Source: a virus (taxonomy: Duplodnaviria; Caudoviricetes). Taken from it: a stretch of 33,740 nucleotides of DNA. The notes beneath the pieces were generated by a model. It was not told the origin of the DNA and searched no databases. It saw only the letters and a program-made list of their open reading frames with translations. The position numbers were made by a program, and so were the translations under genes. The DNA lies in IMG/VR virus record IMGVR_UViG_3300030330_004178, positions 1 to 33,740 of that record; one strand, given 5' to 3'. Shown here piece by piece: positions 9,149 to 17,355 of this stretch. Numbering within the stretch: the first letter of the stretch is position 1; every line of letters starts with the position of its first letter.

Positions 9149-9498
9149 TGAAAAGATTTGCTAAATTAGATGAAAACAATGTTATGGTTGACTTAATTGT
9201 TGTTGGCGAAAGTGATGCTCCAACAGAGGAAGAGGGAGCTAAGTACATAAATCATTGTCAAAGAACTTCTGGCGTAGTTTGGGTTGAAGCTACTAATGAA
9301 GTTACACCTGGATCTACTTACGACTTTTCAACTAAAAAATTTACCCCTGTACAACCCGCACCTAGCTGGACATATGTAGCGGGGTCTGGAATAATTGGTG
9401 AGTGGCAGCCACCTGTACCTTATCCAGATGATGGTGGTAGTTATCAATGGGATGAAAGCGTTTACCAAGCAGATAATACAGCTGGTTGGGTATCCTAA
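9148..9498 (+). CDS. Small partner of the Gly-rich protein (fibre assembly chaperone-like)
   Basis: 116 aa, FAKLDENN...PSW...WQPPVPYP...YQWDE; TAATG-coupled. Confidence 0.6.
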   Translation: MKRFAKLDENNVMVDLIVVGESDAPTEEEGAKYINHCQRTSGVVWVEATNEVTPGSTYDFSTKKFTPVQPAPSWTYVAGSGIIGEWQPPVPYPDDGGSYQWDESVYQADNTAGWVS

Positions 9499-9788
9499 GA
9501 TTTAAATAATTTTTTAAATAAATTTTTTATACGTCCTATTAAAGACTTATTTTCAAAGTATTCTATACACTCTGCTATCGTTTGTTGACGTATATATTCT
9601 TCTCGTATCTCTTGTGATGAAGGCTTTTCATTATGCCAACGTTCTAAGGTATAATTACCCTCCCAAGCTTTTAACTCATACTCAGTGTTTCTAATTAAAG
9701 AATCCATGACAGTGTTCACTCCCCATGAAAAACCGTTTTCGTTTGTATATTTTTCAATAACTTGTTTTGTTGTATATTTTGATTGCAT
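9495..9788 (-). CDS. Hypothetical protein (97 aa)
   Basis: Coupled by TAATG to the minus-strand oxygenase; converges on 9148-9498. Confidence 0.7.
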   Translation of the reverse strand: MQSKYTTKQVIEKYTNENGFSWGVNTVMDSLIRNTEYELKAWEGNYTLERWHNEKPSSQEIREEYIRQQTIAECIEYFENKSLIGRIKNLFKKLFKS

Positions 9789-10399
9789 TATATTATCTCC
9801 AGTTCTGATATTTTTTTTCTATCTCCTAACACTCCTTTTACAAAAGAATTAAAAGCCAGACTAATTCTAAGATTATCTCCTTTTTTAACATCTACTTTAT
9901 GAGTTAGTTCTGAAGGAAATAATAAAAGATCTCCTGAAGTAACAGGATACCACCAACTTTCAGAGTTGTAGAGATTCCAATTTTTTGTTTCGGGTTTAAT
10001 TCTTTTATAACAATTATTAAAAAATCTAATCATGTCGTTTTCAGGATTAGCGTTTACATAAAGCACACCAGATATCATACTATTAGGATGTTCATGTATG
10101 TGATGATATTCGTCTGTTCTTGTAAAATTTAACCAAGACTGAGTTATGTAAGGTTTTACGTTTTTCCACTGCGTGATAACTTTGTTATACTCTAATAAGT
10201 GTGTAAATAACTCTTTTTTTAATTTTTTAAAAACAGGTTTTTCTAAAATGTATGAATCATCTGAAATATAATTACTCTCGTTTTGATGGATACTTTTATT
10301 TATCTTATCCATGGCTTTCATCTCTGTTTTACTAAATTCTCTACCTAAAGAAGTTATATAAATAGGTGTTGGAAAAATAGCATCAATTTTGTATTTCAT
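9788..10399 (-). CDS. 2OG-Fe(II) oxygenase-like protein (TIGR02466 type)
   Basis: Start MKYKIDAIFPTPIY at 10399; HxH (HEH)PNSMISGVLY, LLFPSELTH, RISLAFN. Confidence 0.85.
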   Translation of the reverse strand: MKYKIDAIFPTPIYITSLGREFSKTEMKAMDKINKSIHQNESNYISDDSYILEKPVFKKLKKELFTHLLEYNKVITQWKNVKPYITQSWLNFTRTDEYHHIHEHPNSMISGVLYVNANPENDMIRFFNNCYKRIKPETKNWNLYNSESWWYPVTSGDLLLFPSELTHKVDVKKGDNLRISLAFNSFVKGVLGDRKKISELEII

Positions 10400-10413
10400 A
10401 TTTCTAACATAAA

Positions 10414-10457
10414 TATATACTTGAAAATAAATAAAAATCAAGTATATAGGATTTTAT
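10414..10457. promoter_or_regulatory. Overlapping divergent promoters within an 11-bp inverted repeat
   Basis: TATATACTTGA 10414-10424 / TCAAGTATATA 10438-10448; each strand reads TTGAnn-16 bp-TATATA. Confidence 0.6.
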
Positions 10458-10472
10458 GAAAGATAAAATTAA

Positions 10473-10952
10473 ATGATCAAAGTAGTAGATAATTTTCTAT
10501 CAGATAACGAGTTTTTTAAAATACAAAATATTATCTGTGGTAATAGTTTTCCGTTTTATTATAATGACCAAATAACAGATGAAAATGACCCCATAGATTA
10601 TTATTATTTCATACACTTATTTTTTATTAACAATTCACCAAATAGTAATTATTTTAATTTATGGGAGTCTTTTTTAGAAAAGATAGAGTGCAAAGCCCTA
10701 ATTAGAATAAAAGGTAATATGTATACAGGTGGTAGAAAGAAAATAATACATAGACCACATAAAGATTATGATTATCCACACAAAGGTTGTTTGTTTTATA
10801 TAAACGACAATAATGGGGCAACATATTTTAAGAATAAAAAAATATTACCGAAAGCAAACAGAGCCGTGTTTTTTAACCCACATGAACCACACTCTAGTTC
10901 TATTTGCACTGATCAAAAAAGAAGAATAACAATTAACTTTAATTATTTTTAA
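10473..10952 (+). CDS. 2OG-Fe(II) oxygenase
   Basis: HKD (HxD), FYINDNNG.T.F, NRAVFF, distal His (PHSS), RITINFNYF. Confidence 0.85.
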   Translation: MIKVVDNFLSDNEFFKIQNIICGNSFPFYYNDQITDENDPIDYYYFIHLFFINNSPNSNYFNLWESFLEKIECKALIRIKGNMYTGGRKKIIHRPHKDYDYPHKGCLFYINDNNGATYFKNKKILPKANRAVFFNPHEPHSSSICTDQKRRITINFNYF

Positions 10953-10953
10953 T

Positions 10954-11526
10954 ATGAAAAAAAAATTAGAAGATTATGTTTTAACAGCTCAATCCGCATT
11001 ACCTATTAAATTGTGTAATGACACAATAAAAGAAATAAATAAAAATAAAAAAAATTGGTCAACTCATAAATGGCACAACAGAAAAAATGAAGAGGTTGTT
11101 TCTCTCAGTGGTAACAAAGAATTAGATAATCTTTATATGAGATCAAATAACTCTCAAGAAATAATGAGACTTTTATGGCACGTAATTCATGGTTATACAA
11201 AACATTTAGACTTTCCTTGGTTTCAAGAATGGACTGGGTATACCGAAGTTAGATTTAATATTTACAAAAAAAATAAACAAATGTCTGATCACTGTGATCA
11301 CATTGCATCTATATTTGATGGTCAAAGAAAAGGTGTTCCTATACTTAGTTGTGTTGGTGCATTAAATGATAATTTTGAAGGTGGAGAGTTTATGATGTTT
11401 GATGATATGACATTTAAATTAAAACAAGGTGACGTGTTAGTTTTTCCATCTAATTTTTTATATCCTCACAGAGTAAACCCTGTAAAGAAAGGAGCCAGAT
11501 ATTCTTTTATTTCATGGGTTTGGTAA
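10954..11526 (+). CDS. 2OG-Fe(II) oxygenase, prolyl 4-hydroxylase-like
   Basis: HCD, LNDNFEGGEF, FPSNFLYPHRVNPVKKGARYS. Confidence 0.9.
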   Translation: MKKKLEDYVLTAQSALPIKLCNDTIKEINKNKKNWSTHKWHNRKNEEVVSLSGNKELDNLYMRSNNSQEIMRLLWHVIHGYTKHLDFPWFQEWTGYTEVRFNIYKKNKQMSDHCDHIASIFDGQRKGVPILSCVGALNDNFEGGEFMMFDDMTFKLKQGDVLVFPSNFLYPHRVNPVKKGARYSFISWVW

Positions 11527-12011
11527 TTACAAAAATAAAAGAACATTCAACTATTAAAAAAATGATTCTAGATGAAATACATAAAACAAAACAAGGTAAC
11601 TATAAAAATATTACTTCTACTGATTGGCAAACTCCATCTAATATTGAAAGAACATATTTTACAAAACATATAAAAGACATAATAAATAAATATTATACTA
11701 GAATAGCGGAACAATTGGGATTAAAAGATTTTAATCTTACAAAATTAATTACACATAATTGGTGGTTTCAGATTTATGATAAATACTCTACGCATGGTTG
11801 GCACACTCATGCTGGTTCACATTTTACAAACGTTTATTTTATAGAGTTACCAGACTCAACATGTGCTACAGAAATAAAAGGACACAGTAATTTAAATATA
11901 GAAGAGGGAGATTTAATTACATTTCCTGCATATTGGCCTCACAGATCTCCTATTAATACAACGAATAAAAGAAAAACAATAATATCTTTTAATACATCGT
12001 ATGAATATTGA
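11514..12011 (+). CDS. 2OG-Fe(II) oxygenase-like protein
   Basis: WFQIY, HGWHTH, FPAYWPHRS, KTIISFN. Confidence 0.8.
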   Translation: MGLVITKIKEHSTIKKMILDEIHKTKQGNYKNITSTDWQTPSNIERTYFTKHIKDIINKYYTRIAEQLGLKDFNLTKLITHNWWFQIYDKYSTHGWHTHAGSHFTNVYFIELPDSTCATEIKGHSNLNIEEGDLITFPAYWPHRSPINTTNKRKTIISFNTSYEY

Positions 12012-12573
12012 ACATTTATTTCCAACAACAATAGGCTATGAGTTTTGTCCTTTTCATAATAACATAGAAAAAAAATTAGTTGATCACTGTAATTCTTTTT
12101 CTAATAGATATAATAATAAAGACTCATTTTTAAATAATGGTCAATTATTTACCACATTTGAAAAACATAATTTATTACAAGATAAAAAGTTTGATAAACT
12201 TAATATGTGGGTTGTTGACAAAATTAAAGAATATATGAAACAGACAACGATGCTATATAATATGAAATTTGAAGGCGAGGCATTTTTTAATATATATAAC
12301 AAACATGATTATCAAGAAGCACACAATCATTTTGGTTTTGTAATATCCTGTATTTATTTTCTAAAGGCTAATAATAAAGCTAGCAAAGTATTTTTTAGAC
12401 CACATGTTTTTGATAATATTAAATATGATAATTTTACTTACTCACCTAGCACACCTGTTTTTTATGAAGCACAGCCAGGTAAGTTATTAATATTTAGAAG
12501 CTACATTGATCATTTTGTAGAACAACATTTAGATGAGGAACAAAGAATATCCTTAGCTTATAATTTTAGATAG
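12001..12573 (+). CDS. 2OG-Fe(II) oxygenase-like protein (TIGR02466 type)
   Basis: LFPT start, QEAHNH, ISCIYFL, LIFRSYIDHFV, RISLAYN. Confidence 0.85.
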   Translation: MNIEHLFPTTIGYEFCPFHNNIEKKLVDHCNSFSNRYNNKDSFLNNGQLFTTFEKHNLLQDKKFDKLNMWVVDKIKEYMKQTTMLYNMKFEGEAFFNIYNKHDYQEAHNHFGFVISCIYFLKANNKASKVFFRPHVFDNIKYDNFTYSPSTPVFYEAQPGKLLIFRSYIDHFVEQHLDEEQRISLAYNFR

Positions 12574-12582
12574 GAGAGAAAT

Positions 12583-13221
12583 ATGGAAGAAACAAGAGCT
12601 GTACTACCTGTGTTTTCAAAGGTAATTTACATAAATAAAATAAAACTTAATCATAAAAAAATAAATACCTTAATAGGTAAAAAATTTGTAAAGGCAGGAC
12701 ATCGAATACCTGAAGACCCTAAAAATATATCTAGCTTTAGTGAAAGTAAAAACATTTTAAATTTATCTAAGTTTAAAGATTTAAAAAAACAAATCATGGA
12801 TGAGTTATATTTTTATACAGAAAATGTTTTAAGATATAAACATAAATTTACCATGACAACATCTTGGTTTACTAAAACAGAAAAGAACGAAGAGTCTGGT
12901 TTTCATAACCATAGAAATGCATATATTAGTTGTATATTATATATAGATGTTAATGATAAAGCAGGAATGTTAAGTTTTATTGATTATAACGTTAATAAGA
13001 TGTTTCAGCTAACTCCAATTGAATATAATAATTTTAATTCTGAAACTATTAGAATAAAGCCAGAAAATAATATGATAATATTTTTTCCTAGTGAGATGTA
13101 TCATAAGGTGTGTTTACATGAGTCTAATGTTCCTAGAATATCTTTAGCTTGTAATTTTATACCAATAGGGGATATTTCTGATCCCAGTAGTGATAGTTTT
13201 GTTCATTTGACCATTAAATAA
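12583..13221 (+). CDS. 2OG-Fe(II) oxygenase-like protein (TIGR02466 type)
   Basis: HNHRN, ISCILY, FFPSEMYHKV, RISLACN. Confidence 0.85.
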   Translation: MEETRAVLPVFSKVIYINKIKLNHKKINTLIGKKFVKAGHRIPEDPKNISSFSESKNILNLSKFKDLKKQIMDELYFYTENVLRYKHKFTMTTSWFTKTEKNEESGFHNHRNAYISCILYIDVNDKAGMLSFIDYNVNKMFQLTPIEYNNFNSETIRIKPENNMIIFFPSEMYHKVCLHESNVPRISLACNFIPIGDISDPSSDSFVHLTIK

Positions 13222-13260
13222 TTCGTTTATTTTTAGAGTAGATTTGATATACAAGGTATT

Positions 13261-15429
13261 ATGCTACAAAAAATAGGTTTTCAACCCGGTATAAACAAAC
13301 AAATCACACCCACAGGAGCAGAAGGTCAGTGGATTGATTGCGATAATGTTAGATTTAGATATGGCATTCCTGAGAAAATTGGAGGTTGGAATCAACTAGG
13401 ACAATTAAATTCAAATGAGTTAACCGGTGCAGGGAGAGGCTTACATCACTATGTAAATAGTGAGGGCAGAAGATATGCCATAGTTGGAACAAATAGAATA
13501 TTATATGCTTTTTCTGGTAACGTATTTTATGACATACACCCTATAAAAACTACCACTACTTTAACAAGTGCTTTTAGCACAACCAATGGATCACCAACGG
13601 TAACCATAACTTTTCCCACGGCTCACAATATAAACCCTCAAGATATAATATTGTTAGATAATTTTTCTACCATTACAGGGTCTAATTTTGCAGCTTCTGA
13701 TTTTGATGATAAAAAATTTATGGTGACATCTGTTCCTAGTGGAACAACCCTAACAATAACCATGCCATCAAATGAATCTGGATCAGGTGCTACCACGTCT
13801 GGAGGCATTAGAGTTCAACATTATTTTCCAGTTGGATCTGCTGTACAAGAAAAAGGTTTTGGTTGGGGTTTAGGAACGTATGGAGGTGTAGACACAGGAG
13901 CCGTAACCACTACTTTAAATGGGGCTATAAATTCGTCTACCACAACAATAGTTTTAACAGACGCATCTCAGTTTCCAAGCACGGGAACTAATTTTGTTTT
14001 AATAGGAACTGAAATGATTCAGTATACTGGTATTAACAGTAACACTTTAACCGGTGTAACAAGAGGCACCAGAGGCACAACAGCTGCATCTCACAGCGAC
14101 GGTGTAACTGTTACAAGTGCTACGGGTTATGGTGCGTGGAACGAACAAACTCAAGAGGGTCTAGCTTTAGATCCCGGTATGTGGTCTATTGATAATTTTG
14201 GAGATAAAGCAATTTGTTTAATTCATGATGGTGAAGTTTTTGAATGGGATTCTAGTTTAGGAAATGCAACAGAAACAAGAGCCACAATTATAACTGGTGC
14301 ACCAACTGCATCAAGACACATGGTTGTATCAACACCAGACAGGCACTTAGTTTTTTTTGGAACAGAAACAACTATTGGAGACAAAGCCACACAAGACGAT
14401 ATGTTTATAAGATTCTCGAATCAAGAGGATATAAATACTTATACACCAACAGCAACTAATAGTGCCGGTACGCAAAGACTAGCCGACGGATCACAAATCA
14501 GAGGAGCCATTAGAGGTAGAGATGCTCTTTATGTTTGGACAGATACTGCATTATTTACTCAAAGATTTGTTGGAGCTCCGTTTACGTTTGCGTTTGCACA
14601 AGCAGGTACTAACTGTGGACTCGTTGGACAAAACGCATGTGTTGAGGTTGATGGTGCTGCATATTGGATGTCAGAGAATGGTTTCTTTAGATATGCAGGT
14701 AAGTTAGAATCACTACCTTGTTTAGTAGAAGACCATGTATATGATAATATTAATTTAGCTTCAGGTAATCAAATGGTTTCAGCAGGTTTAAATAATTTGT
14801 TTGGAGAAGTTATTTGGTTCTATCCGTCAGAAACATCTAATGTTATTGATAAACAAGTTACATATAATTTTTTTGATTCATCACCACAAAGACCTGTGTG
14901 GACAGTGGGGACATTAGCAAGAACTATGTGGAGAGATTCTGCAGTATTTGGTAAACCACACGCTTTAGAATACGATGCAGGAACTGACACATCTTTTGAT
15001 GTTATAGGAAATACAGAGGGCAGAACTGCATACTATGAACATGAAACAGGAACAGATCAAAATAAAAACGGTACCATAACAGCTATCACTTCAAACATAT
15101 TATCAGGAGATTTTGACATATCTCAAAGGGCAGGAGGTGTTGCAGATATTGGAGGAGACGGTGAATTTTTAATGAAAATAAGAAGATTTATACCAGATTT
15201 TATATCTCAAACAGGCGACACTCAAATAACTTTAAATCTAAGAAATTTCTCTAACAACGCTGCAGCTAGCTCTACATTAGGCCCCTTTACAGTTACTTCA
15301 TCTACTAGTAAAGTAGATACACGTGCAAGAGCGAGAGCGATTGCATTAAAGATAGCTAATACATCAACAAGTCAAAGTTGGAAATTAGGCACCTTTAAAT
15401 TAGATATACAACCAGATGGTAGAAGATAA
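13261..15429 (+). CDS. Tail nozzle / tail tubular B-like (P22 gp10-like stabilisation) protein
   Basis: 722 aa, beta-rich; starts FQPGINKQ...WIDCDNVRFR, ends DIQPDGRR; precedes the ejection proteins. Confidence 0.7.
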   Translation: MLQKIGFQPGINKQITPTGAEGQWIDCDNVRFRYGIPEKIGGWNQLGQLNSNELTGAGRGLHHYVNSEGRRYAIVGTNRILYAFSGNVFYDIHPIKTTTTLTSAFSTTNGSPTVTITFPTAHNINPQDIILLDNFSTITGSNFAASDFDDKKFMVTSVPSGTTLTITMPSNESGSGATTSGGIRVQHYFPVGSAVQEKGFGWGLGTYGGVDTGAVTTTLNGAINSSTTTIVLTDASQFPSTGTNFVLIGTEMIQYTGINSNTLTGVTRGTRGTTAASHSDGVTVTSATGYGAWNEQTQEGLALDPGMWSIDNFGDKAICLIHDGEVFEWDSSLGNATETRATIITGAPTASRHMVVSTPDRHLVFFGTETTIGDKATQDDMFIRFSNQEDINTYTPTATNSAGTQRLADGSQIRGAIRGRDALYVWTDTALFTQRFVGAPFTFAFAQAGTNCGLVGQNACVEVDGAAYWMSENGFFRYAGKLESLPCLVEDHVYDNINLASGNQMVSAGLNNLFGEVIWFYPSETSNVIDKQVTYNFFDSSPQRPVWTVGTLARTMWRDSAVFGKPHALEYDAGTDTSFDVIGNTEGRTAYYEHETGTDQNKNGTITAITSNILSGDFDISQRAGGVADIGGDGEFLMKIRRFIPDFISQTGDTQITLNLRNFSNNAAASSTLGPFTVTSSTSKVDTRARARAIALKIANTSTSQSWKLGTFKLDIQPDGRR

Positions 15430-16625
15430 TGGCAATAAATTTTAATAACTTAGATCAAGGTAGAGCAGGCATTATAGGTTTAGATAATGTAGTTACTCAA
15501 CCATCTAGTGCCCCATTACAAACTGCATTTTTTGGATTTGGAAAAAGTGATGAGGAAAAAGCATTAGAACAAATACAAGAATTAAGAGAAGATCAGAAAA
15601 CAATTACTGCCCCTGTTCAAGGTGATCTAAACTTATTAAAAGATAATGAATTTCAATATAATAGATATCAAGAAATAGAAAAACAAATAGAAGATTTAAA
15701 AAAACAATTTCCTAGCGACACAACTATTCAAGAAGCTTCTTTAACTAATCGATTTGGTTTTCCATTAACAGCTAGTTTAGATACATCTGGAGTTGCGCAA
15801 GCTATTGAAAAAGCTAAAGCAAGAGAGGCTTTAGACACACAAAAATTCACGCCAGGATTTATTAGCGAAACCACAACAGACCCTATGGATATTAGAGAAC
15901 AAAATAGATTAGGCAATTTAGCCATAAATGAATTATTTATGAGTAAACCTGCTGTTACTTTTGATGCTCCTTACATGTCAACAGGTTTAAAAATGGTTCC
16001 AAAACCAACTTTTGGACAAAGATTATCGAGTGGTATTAATCAATTGAAAACTAATTTAGGAACTGGGTTTGGTAAAATAAAAAGTGATATAGGTAGTTTT
16101 ATTGGTTCAGGAGGTCTTACAGGCATGGCGGGTAGAGCCCTTGGGGGTATACTTCAAGCTGTTCTTCCAAAAGAAAGTCCGATAGATAAATATAATAAAC
16201 AATTTAGTGTTCAAAGTTTAGGAAGAGATCCTTATGGATACTATGATAGTTTAAGGGCAGGTAATTTAACTGGTCAAGATCCTTTTGGAGTTAACACAGT
16301 TAGTGGATTTGGTAATTATCAGAAACATTATAGTGATTATTTAAATGCATTTAATAATCAAACTAAATTTAAAGGATTATATACACCTAAGAAAACTAGT
16401 AAGTTTGCTCAAGATAAAGCTGACTTTGCTAAAGAAGTTTTAGGATTAAAGAAAACATCGTCAAATATAACCGGTACACCTTTAATAGTTAGTGGGTCTG
16501 TTTTTGAATCACAAAGAGGACGTAAAGATGATAGCCCAACAACAGGGACAACTAAACCAGGACAAGATGGAGGATTTGGAGCAGCAGATTTTGGGCCTGG
16601 AGATGATGAGTTTGGATCTTTATAA
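15429..16625 (+). CDS. Hypothetical protein, possible internal virion protein (398 aa)
   Basis: Long ORF, TAATG-coupled at both ends; coiled-coil and Gly-rich amphipathic segments. Confidence 0.65.
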   Translation: MAINFNNLDQGRAGIIGLDNVVTQPSSAPLQTAFFGFGKSDEEKALEQIQELREDQKTITAPVQGDLNLLKDNEFQYNRYQEIEKQIEDLKKQFPSDTTIQEASLTNRFGFPLTASLDTSGVAQAIEKAKAREALDTQKFTPGFISETTTDPMDIREQNRLGNLAINELFMSKPAVTFDAPYMSTGLKMVPKPTFGQRLSSGINQLKTNLGTGFGKIKSDIGSFIGSGGLTGMAGRALGGILQAVLPKESPIDKYNKQFSVQSLGRDPYGYYDSLRAGNLTGQDPFGVNTVSGFGNYQKHYSDYLNAFNNQTKFKGLYTPKKTSKFAQDKADFAKEVLGLKKTSSNITGTPLIVSGSVFESQRGRKDDSPTTGTTKPGQDGGFGAADFGPGDDEFGSL

Positions 16626-16789
16626 TGGCTAAGATAGTACAAGTATTAACAAGACCCTCATCTGAATATGATTTAGGAACAGCAGAGGCACAGGTTAGAG
16701 ATCTTGATGGAATAGTAGAAAAACTAAACACTACTTTTCAAGAAGAATTAAAACAGGAAGTAGAAGCTCAAAACTTCTTTTTAAATTAA
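16625..16789 (+). CDS. Small coiled-coil protein (54 aa; missing from track)
   Basis: MAKIVQVLTRPSSEYD...ELKQEVEAQNFFLN; TAATG overlap at both ends fills the gap exactly. Confidence 0.8.
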   Translation: MAKIVQVLTRPSSEYDLGTAEAQVRDLDGIVEKLNTTFQEELKQEVEAQNFFLN

Positions 16790-17130
16790 TGGCGAATAGT
16801 TTTTTAAATAAAAAAGTAGATTTAACCACAACAGATCTTACAACTTTGTATACGGTGCCAGATGCGAATACCGCCATTATAAAATCCATATTAGTATCAA
16901 ATGATTCAGGATCTAGTTGTAATTTAGATGTTACACTTGTTGATGCATCATCTGCTATATTTAGTGTGTTTAAAACTAAAGCAGTGGATACTAATACAAC
17001 AGTGGAGTTATTATCTCAACCCTTAGTCATAGAGGAAAAAGAGATATTAAAAGTGCAAGCTAGTGATGCAAATGAATTGCACGTAATAGCATCAATACTA
17101 CAAATACAGCCAAGAGAGGTAGTCACATAA
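16789..17130 (+). CDS. Small beta-rich structural protein (113 aa)
   Basis: TTLYTVP...IIKSILVSN motif common in marine phage virion proteins. Confidence 0.7.
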   Translation: MANSFLNKKVDLTTTDLTTLYTVPDANTAIIKSILVSNDSGSSCNLDVTLVDASSAIFSVFKTKAVDTNTTVELLSQPLVIEEKEILKVQASDANELHVIASILQIQPREVVT

Positions 17131-17300
17131 TGAAAGTAATTAAGCCTACAAAAATTATAGAAGAAATATCTAACCTTAAAACAGGAGAAAAGTACAAAAA
17201 CGATGAGGAGTGGAAGTCTAAAGGCATACCAGAATCTGATATAAGAAGAGATGTTAAAGTGGTGTTGCCCTCTCTTGACTTATTTGGAGAAACCAAATAA
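17130..17300 (+). CDS. Hypothetical protein (56 aa; missing from track)
   Basis: MKVIKPTKII...NLKTGEKY...IRRDVKVVLPSLDLFGETK; TAATG-coupled. Confidence 0.75.
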   Translation: MKVIKPTKIIEEISNLKTGEKYKNDEEWKSKGIPESDIRRDVKVVLPSLDLFGETK

Positions 17301-17303
17301 AGT
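17275..17303 (+). promoter_or_regulatory. sigma70-like promoter for the ejection-protein genes, with internal palindrome
   Basis: TTGACT-17 bp-TAAAGT; TTATTTGG-AGAAA-CCAAATAA inverted repeat at 17280-17300. Confidence 0.55.
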
Positions 17304-17355
17304 GTAATATTTCAGGACATTCGCGCCTGCCACAATCATCAAACTTGACGGAAGT

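Noticed and set aside
8589-9164. Alternative-frame ORFs and the Pro-rich antisense ORF in the Gly-rich gene
   Set aside because: Artefacts of GGN codon runs, which lack stops in other frames
9788-13221. Oxygenases as TET/JBP-type 5mC oxidases acting with the MTase
   Set aside because: Motifs match P4H-like and TIGR02466-like families and the genes sit in the tail module far from the MTase; not supported, though not excluded
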